The notes beneath the pieces were generated by a model. That model was given only the letters and a program-made list of their open reading frames with translations, searched no databases and was not told the origin of the DNA. This document shows, in pieces, positions 7,984 to 16,420 of a stretch of 64,000 bases of DNA (its first letter is position 1; each line of letters begins with the position of its first letter). The position numbers were made by a program, and so were the translations under genes. The DNA is from an uncultured Gemmatimonadales bacterium (GTDB taxonomy: Bacteria > Gemmatimonadota > Gemmatimonadetes > Gemmatimonadales > GWC2-71-9): assembly GCA_963798915.1 (NCBI GenBank), contig CAWCVB010000002.1, forward strand, positions 352,001 to 416,000, read 5' to 3'.

Positions 7984-10259
7984 GCGGGCGTGCCTTGTGG
8001 CAGGTGGGTGGCGACCGCGGCCAACTGGGCTGCGCGCATGTCGAGGAGTGCCTGCAGAAAGGAGATCGTGGACTCGGCGCCCTGGTTCTCGTTGGCCCGG
8101 TCGGCATGCAATCCATCCCGGCACCCACCGGAAGACGGATCGTACAGCGACAGCTGCAGGTCGTTCCGTCCGACGAACCAGTCGAAAGCCCAGCGCGCAC
8201 GGTCCAGCCAGACTGTGCCTCCAGCGGCACGATGGGCGGCCAGGCATGCCGATACCATGCCGGCAGCTTCCACCGGTTGCTGGTCAAATTGGGCGGTGGC
8301 GGCGCCGCGCTGGAGAAAGCCGTTGGACCCGATGGGCGTAAAATGGCCTTCCGGTGAGCGCTGCACGGACAGGAGCCAGGTCAGCGACGCGAGCCCGGCC
8401 TGGAGCATCGGCTGGTGCTGCATTTGCGTTCCCGAAGCGATCAGAGCCTCACACAGCCGGGCATTGCAGTAGGTCACGCGATCCTCGAACCAGCACCAGT
8501 CGGGGCCGCTGGTGGCCTGATGCAGGGCCAGCAGGCGCTCGGCCAGCACGGAGCGGATCGCTTCCACGGCCCGGTCTCCCTTGAACGCATCGAGGTAGTG
8601 ATCCACGCCGATGAGCGCATAGGCCCACGCCCTCGGACTGCCAAAATCGAGGACGGCCGGAAGTGCCAGATGAAAGAGATCGCCTGCCAGGCTTCGCGTG
8701 CCGGGCGTGTCCGAGCGTCCGACCACCGCGCCGAGCGCCCAGAGGGCGCGGCCGTGGCTGTCCTCCGACCCCGAAGCTTCGGTCCACTCGCGCGCGAACG
8801 ACATGAAATTGCGAAAGCGCCCGGTGTCCCGCTTGAACGCATGGCTGACGAACGCCAGGTATCGCCCGGTGAGCGCGCTGATCGCGGCCCGCTCATCGGT
8901 TCCCGATTCCTCGATCGACGCCGTCAGCAGCAGCGCGCGGGCATTGTCGTCCAGGCAATACCCGTCTTCATAGCGCGGTACGCTGTACCGCGCGTGCTGC
9001 AGCACGCCGGTATCGTCGGTCAGGCGCCGGAGATGCGACAGGTTCAGCTCGGGCAGTCCGGCGGGCCTGGCCGCCAGCGTATGGGCGATGAGCCGGGTGC
9101 GCTTCTGGTGCGCATGGCCCTCGCGTGCGTGCTCAAAACTCGTGAGGTATGCCCGGGCCACCGACGGCCAGTGCATGCCATGTCCGAAGGCGGCCGCGCG
9201 CCGGCCCAGGGCCCGGCGCGCCGGTTCGTCTTCGAGAAGCCGGCTCACCGCATCGGCCAGCGCCGGTGCATCGCGCCAGGGAACCAGCACGCCGCGTCCG
9301 TCAGCAAGCAGCTCACTGGCGTAGCGATAGGGCGTGGAAATGACCGCCTTGCCAGCGCCCACGGCATAGGCCAGCGCACCGGAGGTGATCTGCTCCGGCT
9401 GCAGATAGGGCGTGATGCAGATATCGGCTGCGGCCAGAAAATCGGCCAGCTCTTCCGCACTGGCGAACCGATTGTGGAAAATGACGTTGGCCTCCACGCC
9501 AAGTTCGCGGGAGCGGGCCTCCAGCGACAGCCGGTAGGCCTCGCCATGGCGTTCCTTCACGTGCGGGTGTGTGGCACCGAGCACAATGTAGACCGCGTCG
9601 GGAAAGCGAGAGAGAATGGCCGGCAGGGCATCGAGCACGTACTCGATGCCCTTGTCGGGCGAGAGCAGCCCGAAGGTGAACAGCACCGGTCGCGCGTCCA
9701 CGCCGAGCCGTTCCTTGGCCTCAGTCGCGGGAGGCACTTGCGGGCTGCCGTGGGGGATCAGGTCGATCCTGGACTCCGGCACGCCGTATCGGTCGCGCAG
9801 CAGGGTGGCGCCATGTTCGCTCATCACCACCAGGCGGTCCGACAGGGCGGCGAGTTCGCCCATGACCGCCCGCTGGTTGTCGTTGGGCTCGCCCAGCACC
9901 GTGTGCAGGGTGCTGACGATGGGCGTCTGCAGCGCACGGAGCATGCTGAGGAGGTGGCTGCCCGCCTTGCCGCCGAAGATGCCGAATTCGTGCTGCACCG
10001 ACAGCACATCCACGGCATTGATGTTCAGAAAGTCCGCTGCGCGGAGATACGCGTCGCTGTCCGTTTCAGACAGCTCGAAACGGACCTCTGCCGGGTAGGC
10101 ATGCCGCCGCCCCGGGTCGTTCATCGCCAGCACGATACGATCAATTCCGGGGAACTCGGCCCCGATGGCCGCGCTCAGGTCGGTCGTGAAGGTGGCGATC
10201 CCGCACTGGCGCGGGAGATGGGTCCCCAGGAAGGCGATGCGGGCGATAGGCCGCGTCAA
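7980..10259 (-). CDS. GT4 glycosyltransferase fused to a C-terminal six-hairpin glycosidase-like domain
   Basis: PRQCGIATFT, QHEFGIFGG, FGLLSPDKGIE, QITSGALAYA; C-terminal GYCLDDNARAL, FDQQPVE, NQGAES; TTG start overlaps the upstream stop. Confidence 0.88.
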   Translation of the reverse strand: MTRPIARIAFLGTHLPRQCGIATFTTDLSAAIGAEFPGIDRIVLAMNDPGRRHAYPAEVRFELSETDSDAYLRAADFLNINAVDVLSVQHEFGIFGGKAGSHLLSMLRALQTPIVSTLHTVLGEPNDNQRAVMGELAALSDRLVVMSEHGATLLRDRYGVPESRIDLIPHGSPQVPPATEAKERLGVDARPVLFTFGLLSPDKGIEYVLDALPAILSRFPDAVYIVLGATHPHVKERHGEAYRLSLEARSRELGVEANVIFHNRFASAEELADFLAAADICITPYLQPEQITSGALAYAVGAGKAVISTPYRYASELLADGRGVLVPWRDAPALADAVSRLLEDEPARRALGRRAAAFGHGMHWPSVARAYLTSFEHAREGHAHQKRTRLIAHTLAARPAGLPELNLSHLRRLTDDTGVLQHARYSVPRYEDGYCLDDNARALLLTASIEESGTDERAAISALTGRYLAFVSHAFKRDTGRFRNFMSFAREWTEASGSEDSHGRALWALGAVVGRSDTPGTRSLAGDLFHLALPAVLDFGSPRAWAYALIGVDHYLDAFKGDRAVEAIRSVLAERLLALHQATSGPDWCWFEDRVTYCNARLCEALIASGTQMQHQPMLQAGLASLTWLLSVQRSPEGHFTPIGSNGFLQRGAATAQFDQQPVEAAGMVSACLAAHRAAGGTVWLDRARWAFDWFVGRNDLQLSLYDPSSGGCRDGLHADRANENQGAESTISFLQALLDMRAAQLAAVATHLPQGTPA

Positions 10260-10483
10260 CCGCGCCGGCGTTTCTTGTCCGGCACCCACTGCAGCAGGTC
10301 GCCGGGTTGCACCTCGAGCGCCGCACACAGCCGGTCGAGCGTATCGGCGGTGAACCGGCCGAACTGCAGGTCCGGATCGGCCAGGCGATACGCTGTTGGC
10401 GGGGTCAGGCCGGTGGCCTGCGACAGGCGGTAGGGCGTCCATCCCTTGCGTTTCAGGGCCTCGGCCAGCCGGAAGCGGATCAT
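10256..10483 (-). CDS. Cro/C1-type (HTH_26) transcriptional regulator
   Basis: TPYRLSQATGL...TLDRLCAALEVQPGDLL. Confidence 0.85.
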   Translation of the reverse strand: MIRFRLAEALKRKGWTPYRLSQATGLTPPTAYRLADPDLQFGRFTADTLDRLCAALEVQPGDLLQWVPDKKRRRG

Positions 10484-10555
10484 GGAGGCGATCGGAAGCG
10501 GGGAAGCCAAAGTAAGACCAGGAGTAATCACGTGTGACAATATTAATACCACGTC

Positions 10556-11182
10556 TTATGTATGCACAGTGGTGTCGAAGAAATCCACTTCGCCCGTCTC
10601 CAGCGAATACTCCGCCCCCACCACCAGCAGCCCGTCGGCCTGGATCAGCTCCTCCAGGATTTCCGACCCATGGCGCAGATGATTGACCGAGGCCAGGATA
10701 TTGGCGCGGACGGCCTCGGCTGAGAGCGCTACTGGGTCCCGGGCCAACTCGGTATGCAGCAACGGTTCCACCGACGGGCGGATCCGGTCCACGATCGCTC
10801 GGACATTGCGGGAGTGGCTGCCGGACGGATTCCGGAGGTCCTCCAGGGTCGCGGCGATGGCGCCGCACTCCGAGTGGCCCAGGACGACCACCAGGCGAGT
10901 GCCAAAGGTGTCAGCGGCAAATTCGACGCTGCCGACCAGGGACGGCGCCACGATGTTGCCCGCGACCCGGATGACGAACAGGTCACCCAACCCCTGGTCA
11001 AAGACCAGTTCCGCCGGCACCCGCGCATCGGAGCAGCCCAGGATGATGGCGATCGGCTCCTGGACCTGGGGAAGCGACAGGTGCGTGCCGGCGACTGACC
11101 GGCCGTGCGTGCCGCGCACGCTGGCCACGAAGCGGCGGTTGCCATCCTGCAGGCGGGCGAGTGCGTCGCGGGCTGAGAGCAT
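10556..11182 (-). CDS. Beta-class carbonic anhydrase
   Basis: GCSDARVP, DLFVIRVAGN, GHSECGA zinc ligands. Confidence 0.93.
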   Translation of the reverse strand: MLSARDALARLQDGNRRFVASVRGTHGRSVAGTHLSLPQVQEPIAIILGCSDARVPAELVFDQGLGDLFVIRVAGNIVAPSLVGSVEFAADTFGTRLVVVLGHSECGAIAATLEDLRNPSGSHSRNVRAIVDRIRPSVEPLLHTELARDPVALSAEAVRANILASVNHLRHGSEILEELIQADGLLVVGAEYSLETGEVDFFDTTVHT

Positions 11183-11222
11183 CAGTCTGAGGTCCTGTGG
11201 GTGAAGGAAGGGCCTCCCGTCG

Positions 11223-11687
11223 TCAATCCAGCGCCTTGCGATAGACATGCTGGCTCTTGATGCGGGCGTAACCGTACTTGGCATAGAAGGGGTGTGACTC
11301 CGCCCGTGGTACCGCGCTGCGTACCGAGATGGCGGTCAGCCCTCGCTGGCGGGCCCACGCCTCGACCGCCTGCAGCAGCTGAGCGCCCACGCCCAGCCGG
11401 CGGCAGGACGCGTCAACGACCAGCCCGAGAATTTCGCAGCGCCGCCCAATTTCAAAAAGATCCTGCTCGGCGGCGTGGACCCAGCCCGCAGCCGCTCCCA
11501 TCCGTTCCGCCACCAGCAGCGCGTCGCGCTCGCTGGCGCCCAGCCGCTCAATCCGCTCCCGGGCGAGCTCGGGAGTGAGCGGGTAGCCCAGTTGCCCACA
11601 GAGCGACGCCATCCGCTCGGCGTCGGCAACGCGTGCCGGGCGGATCCGGGTCGCAGGATCGGGGCAGTTTGAGCTCGGTTGCTGCAT
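11223..11687 (-). CDS. GNAT N-acetyltransferase (PhnO-like)
   Basis: IRPA, QLGY, LVVDASCRRLGVG, HPFYAKYGY. Confidence 0.8.
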   Translation of the reverse strand: MQQPSSNCPDPATRIRPARVADAERMASLCGQLGYPLTPELARERIERLGASERDALLVAERMGAAAGWVHAAEQDLFEIGRRCEILGLVVDASCRRLGVGAQLLQAVEAWARQRGLTAISVRSAVPRAESHPFYAKYGYARIKSQHVYRKALD

Positions 11688-11834
11688 TGCTGGTCCTCGC
11701 GAAGCGTCGAATACCGCCTCCAACATGCGCGCGTTCCGCATGCACGGCAATTGTCTCCTGCGTGCCGCCAGCATCCGGCTCACAACGACATCTGCGTCAT
11801 CGGGATGGTTTGTGGATACGTTCCGGTCTCCTTA

Positions 11835-11898
11835 CTTTCGTGCTTTCGTGCTTTCGTGCTTTCGTGCTTTCGTGCTTTCGTGCTTTCGTGCTTTCGTG
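11835..11898. repeat. Octamer microsatellite (CTTTCGTG)8
   Basis: Visible directly. Confidence 0.95.
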
Positions 11899-11948
11899 TG
11901 CGCTGTTGCGGGGCCGCTCGATGCCAGGGCGGGCTGGGTCGGAGCTCT

Positions 11949-12233
11949 GCCCGGGCGTCCCGGCATGGATGAGGGAGGGGCGGGTCAGAGACCCGCCCGG
12001 GCATCCCGGCATGGATGAGGGAGGGGCGGGTCAGAGACCCGCCCGGGCATCCCGGCATGGATGAGGGAGGGGCGGGTCAGCGATCCGCCCGGGCATCCCG
12101 GCATGGATGAGGGAGGGGCGGGTCAGAGACCCGCCCGGGCATCCCGGCATGGATGAAGGGAGGGGCGGGTCAGAGACCCGCCCGGGCATCCCGGCATGGA
12201 TGAGGGAGGGGCGGGTCAGAGACCCGCCCTTAC
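11949..12233. repeat. Tandem REP-like array, 6 x 46 bp
   Basis: Unit GCCCGGGCATCCCGGCATGGATGAGGGAGGGGCGGGTCAGAGACCC; hairpin GGGCGGGTC-AGA-GACCCGCCC; array ends in CTTAC. Confidence 0.9.
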
Positions 12234-12255
12234 GGTTCAGGTGTTCGGGGGCGTC

Positions 12256-15018
12256 ATGTCCGTCACGCTGGTCGTTTTTGCGGCTGCGCTCGCAGCCACC
12301 CCGCAGCTCCCGCCTGTCGCGGCGCCGCTCGGCGTCACTGATCTTCGCACCGAGTATCTCAGCGAGCCGCTTGGCATGGACGTGCTCCGCCCCCGGCTGA
12401 GCTGGCGTCTGGTGAGCACCAGCCGTAATACGCTGCAGACGGCGTATCAGATCGCCGTCTCGACCGACTCGGCCAAGCTCCGCACTGGCGGGTCGCTGGT
12501 CTGGAGCTCCGGCCGGGTCGCGTCGAATGCGTCAGTCTTCGTCGAGTACGGTGGCCCTGCGCTGCAATCGGCTACGCGCTACTACTGGAGGGTGCGGGTC
12601 TGGGATGCCGCAGGCCATGCCTCCGAATGGAGCGCTCCGTCCTGGTGGGAGACCGGGCTGCTGGATCGAAGCGACTGGACCGCGCGCTGGATCCGTCCGC
12701 CCGACGCCAACCACGATTCGGCCGGCGGCCCCGCACCGATGCTCCGCCGCGTCTTCACCCTTGCCGGGCCAGTGCGCTCGGCCCGGCTCTACGTGACCAG
12801 TCTCGGACTGTACCAGTTGCAGCTCAACGGGCACCGGGTCGGTGCCGATGTCTTCACTCCCGGCTGGACCAGCTACGGCAAGCGGCTCCAGTACCAGACC
12901 TACGACGTTACCGAGCTGCTTACCGCGGGAGGCAATGCGCTCGGCGCCACGCTCGGCGACGGATGGTACCGTGGCCACCTCGGCTTCGAGGACCGGCAGA
13001 ACCGGTACGGCAGGCAGGTCGCGCTGCTGCTTCAGCTCGACGTGCGCTATGCCGACGGACACAGTGTGCGGATCGTATCCGACGCCGACTGGAAAGCGGC
13101 CACCGGCCCGATCCTGATGTCTGACATCTACGGCGGCGAGACATATGACGCGCGGCGGGAGCGCCGCGGCTGGACCACCGCGACATATGACGATGGTGAC
13201 TGGCGTCCGGTCGCCATGGCGACTACACCGGCCGTCACGCTGGTCGCACCGGTCTCCGAGCCGGTTCGCCGCATCGAGGAGATCAGGCCGGTCGCCATCC
13301 TGCGCACACCGGCCGGCCAGACGGTGTTCGATCTGGGGCAGAACATCACGGGGTGGGTCCGGCTTCGGGTGACCGGGGCGGCGGGCACCACGGTCGTCCT
13401 GCGCCATGCGGAAGTGCTCGACAAGAACGGCAACGCTTACTTCGACAATCTCAGGAATGCCGCGCAGACCGATCGATACACGCTGAAGGGTGGCGCCGAG
13501 GAGGTGTACGAGCCGCACTTCACCTATCACGGGTTCCGCTACGTCACCGTCGAAGGGCTGCCGGCGCCGCCGACGCTCGAGACGATCACCGGAATCGTGG
13601 TCCATTCGGATCTCCGGGAGACCGGTCGCTTCGCGACCTCCGATACGATGCTGAATCGGCTGCAGCACAATATCGTCTGGGGGCAGCGCGGCAATTTCCT
13701 CGATGTACCGACCGACTGTCCTCAGCGCGACGAGCGGCTCGGCTGGACCGGCGACGCCCAGGTTTTTGCCCGCACGGCAGCGTTCAACATGTTCGTGCCT
13801 GGCTTCTTCGCGAAGTGGCTGGCCGATCTCACGGCGGACCAGCATCCGGGCGGCAGTGTCCCCTGGGTGATTCCCAACCCGATGGGCGGCGACTCGACGA
13901 CCTATGCCGGCGCGGCTGGATGGGCTGACGCCGCCGTGGTGGTGCCTTGGACGATGTACCTCGTGTATGGCGACCGCCGCCTGCTGGAGCGCCAGTATCC
14001 CAGCATGCGAGCCTGGGTCGAATATGCCCATCGCCAGACAGGGCCCGACCTGATCTGGCGTTCCGGTCGCCACTTCGGCGACTGGCTCGCCTGGCACAGC
14101 GATGATGCATCATACCCCGGCGCCACGACCGGCAAGGATTTCATCGCAACCGCGTACCTCGCGCACTCGACCGATCTGGTCGCACGGGCCGCCGCGGTGC
14201 TCGGGCGCACCGCTGATGCGCGGAAGTACACCGCGAGGTTCGCCGCGCTCCGCGCCGCGTTCCGACGGGAGTTCGTGTCGCCAGGCGGGCGGGTGGCCGA
14301 GAATACCCAGACCGCCTACGCGATGTCACTCAATTTCGGGCTGGTGGCGCCGAGCGACGTCGCGGGGGATGCCCAACGGCTGGCGGACAACATTCGCGCG
14401 CACGGCGGCCACCTGTCCACCGGATTTCTGGGCACGCCCGAGCTGACTCAGGCGCTCTCTCGTAACGGACATCTCGACGACGCATATCGGCTGCTGCTGC
14501 AGCGCGGGTATCCATCCTGGCTGTATCCGATCACCCGGGGCGCCACGACGATGTGGGAGCGCTGGGACGGCATCCGTCCCGACAGCTCGTTCGAGGAGCC
14601 GAGCATGAATTCGTTCAACCACTACGCCTTCGGCGCGGTGGGGGACTGGATGTACCGGGTGATCGGCGGCATCAACCTCGATCCGGCGGCGCCAGGGTAC
14701 AAGCACGCACGCATCGCGCCACGGCCGGGTGGCGGGCTCACCAGCGCCAGCGCCGCGATCGAAACGCTGTACGGTACTCTGGCGACCGCATGGCGCCAGG
14801 ACAGCGCCGGGTTCTCGCTGGATATAGACGTTCCCGCCAACACATCGGCGACGGTGACGTTGTGGGATGCAGCGGCTGCCCAGGTGCTTGAAGGGGACGG
14901 TCCGCTCCAAGGGGCCGAGGGAATTCGATCAGTACGGCAGCAAGGAAAGGATCTCGTGCTGGAGGTCGGATCGGGACACTACGCGCTCCGGGTCATCCCG
15001 CCTCACCACGCAGGCTGA
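12256..15018 (+). CDS. Secreted alpha-L-rhamnosidase (GH78)
   Basis: PRLSW, DLGQNITGW, PTDCPQRDERLGWTGDA, GATTMWERW, MNSFNHYAFGAV. Confidence 0.93.
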   Translation: MSVTLVVFAAALAATPQLPPVAAPLGVTDLRTEYLSEPLGMDVLRPRLSWRLVSTSRNTLQTAYQIAVSTDSAKLRTGGSLVWSSGRVASNASVFVEYGGPALQSATRYYWRVRVWDAAGHASEWSAPSWWETGLLDRSDWTARWIRPPDANHDSAGGPAPMLRRVFTLAGPVRSARLYVTSLGLYQLQLNGHRVGADVFTPGWTSYGKRLQYQTYDVTELLTAGGNALGATLGDGWYRGHLGFEDRQNRYGRQVALLLQLDVRYADGHSVRIVSDADWKAATGPILMSDIYGGETYDARRERRGWTTATYDDGDWRPVAMATTPAVTLVAPVSEPVRRIEEIRPVAILRTPAGQTVFDLGQNITGWVRLRVTGAAGTTVVLRHAEVLDKNGNAYFDNLRNAAQTDRYTLKGGAEEVYEPHFTYHGFRYVTVEGLPAPPTLETITGIVVHSDLRETGRFATSDTMLNRLQHNIVWGQRGNFLDVPTDCPQRDERLGWTGDAQVFARTAAFNMFVPGFFAKWLADLTADQHPGGSVPWVIPNPMGGDSTTYAGAAGWADAAVVVPWTMYLVYGDRRLLERQYPSMRAWVEYAHRQTGPDLIWRSGRHFGDWLAWHSDDASYPGATTGKDFIATAYLAHSTDLVARAAAVLGRTADARKYTARFAALRAAFRREFVSPGGRVAENTQTAYAMSLNFGLVAPSDVAGDAQRLADNIRAHGGHLSTGFLGTPELTQALSRNGHLDDAYRLLLQRGYPSWLYPITRGATTMWERWDGIRPDSSFEEPSMNSFNHYAFGAVGDWMYRVIGGINLDPAAPGYKHARIAPRPGGGLTSASAAIETLYGTLATAWRQDSAGFSLDIDVPANTSATVTLWDAAAAQVLEGDGPLQGAEGIRSVRQQGKDLVLEVGSGHYALRVIPPHHAG

Positions 15019-15058
15019 CGCATTGTGGCGGGCAGCTTGTCAGAAAGAAGCGCCCGCG

Positions 15059-15157
15059 GCGGACGTGCTGGTCACCGGTGACCGTGACCTCCTCGACCTT
15101 GGTGACCGCGCACCGCTGCCCGTCCTGACCCCGCGGGGTTCATGGGAGCGGTTGCGA
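15059..15157 (+). pseudogene. PIN-domain toxin C-terminal remnant
   Basis: ADVLVTGDRDLLDL...PVLTPRGSWERLR with no start or N-terminal half. Confidence 0.6.
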
Positions 15158-15172
15158 TTTCACCCGCAATCA

Positions 15173-15535
15173 CTATGTCCACTGATTGTCGATGCAACGA
15201 AGCAGATTGCCGTCGGGGTCGACAAGCGCGAACATGCGAAGCCCATGCTGCACATCGGGCGGAGTGAGGCGGGGAATCGACCGGCAATCGCTCGGCAAGC
15301 CGGCCTCTTGAAAGGAGGCATACAAACTGTCCAGATCATCCACACGAATGCAGGCGCTGGAGAAGCTTCGTCGTGGATTGCCATTGAGTGGGAAGAATTC
15401 AATCTCCAAGGGGCCGCGGGACAGAATCATCCAGCCCTCATCCTTGAAGCCGACGTGGAAGCCGAGTGCTTCGTAAAACGCAGCCGTTTTGTCAAAATTC
15501 CCGCTCGGCAGATTTGCCGTCACGCGATCGCTCAT
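15173..15535 (-). CDS. ble: Bleomycin-binding protein (Ble/BRP, VOC fold)
   Basis: ANLPS..FDKTAAFYEALGF...GWMIL.RG.LEIEFFP...CIRVDDLD...VDPDGNLLR, as in Tn5 Ble and Ble-MBL. Confidence 0.8.
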   Translation of the reverse strand: MSDRVTANLPSGNFDKTAAFYEALGFHVGFKDEGWMILSRGPLEIEFFPLNGNPRRSFSSACIRVDDLDSLYASFQEAGLPSDCRSIPRLTPPDVQHGLRMFALVDPDGNLLRCIDNQWT

Positions 15536-15624
15536 GGAGCTCGTCTTCCTTTCAGGCTTGCGTTCCTGGAACCCAGGCCGCCCTCTGTATGGCAGCTTCC
15601 GTCCAACCGATTACTCTGAAGGTG

Positions 15625-16059
15625 TCATGACGTCCTGATGGCGATCCCGAACCTGACGCCGCGAACCTCGAAGAGGCGACGGGTGGTACCGGGGATGTAG
15701 TGCGCTTCCTCGGTCGGGTCCAACTGGTTCTTGGTCTGATAGCCCAGCAGTTCTCCGTGTGCATCGACCACTGCCGCGACAATCTGCGACCCCGCCGCGG
15801 TGACCCATTCCATGCCGACAATCGTGGCGATCCGATGCTTGCGGGCCGAGGCGCTGATGACGCTGAGCGCCAGCGCCTGCTGTGTTGCATCAAAGGCCGG
15901 CACGTCAAAGTCCAGTCCGCGCAGCCCTGGCAGGTAGGCTTCCGGGAAGCAGACCAGGTCGGCGCCAGCGTCGGCGGCACGGCCCATCAAGCCATCGACC
16001 CGTGCGAGGCCGTCATCCAGCGACGATGCAATGCGGGGTGATGCCAGCGCAATCTTCAT
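15625..16059 (-). pseudogene. Truncated carbon-nitrogen hydrolase (nitrilase superfamily)
   Basis: LVCFPE and catalytic K present; ORF stops at FGIAI-RTS*, just where the nucleophilic Cys is expected. Confidence 0.8.
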
Positions 16060-16072
16060 TGCTGGTCCCATA

Positions 16073-16420
16073 TCATGCGGAGCGGGGCGGAACCCGGCGC
16101 AGCCGGTTGGCCAGCCGCCAACCTCGCACGGTGCCGCCCATCGCGCCCGTAATCAGCGCGACACTGTAGATCAGGACCGTGGCGTCGGGCCCGATCGCGG
16201 CAACCGCCGGGACGACCAGCACGAGCACGAGGAGCAACGCGCCGGTAGCGATCAGGTCCCGACCGGCCACCTCGTTCACCTCGTACCAGACGTGTTCGTC
16301 CTCGAGCGTGGCCTTGACCCGGAAACCGTACCAGAGGTTGGGGGCCACTCGCCGCCGGGCGAGCGGCAGGCCGAGCCCGATGAGCATTAGCGCGAGCAAG
16401 CCAAACAGCAGGCTCACCAT
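16073..16420 (-). CDS. SdpI/YfhL family membrane protein
   Basis: PNLWYGFR..ATL.DE.VW...N...GR motif. Confidence 0.8.
   Translation of the reverse strand: MVSLLFGLLALMLIGLGLPLARRRVAPNLWYGFRVKATLEDEHVWYEVNEVAGRDLIATGALLLVLVLVVPAVAAIGPDATVLIYSVALITGAMGGTVRGWRLANRLRRVPPRSA

Noticed and set aside
7980..10868. 962-aa version of the glycosyltransferase
   Set aside because: The upstream extension overlaps the real HTH and carbonic anhydrase genes; homology begins at 10259
11949..12233. Possible CRISPR array
   Set aside because: Pure tandem repeat without unique spacers
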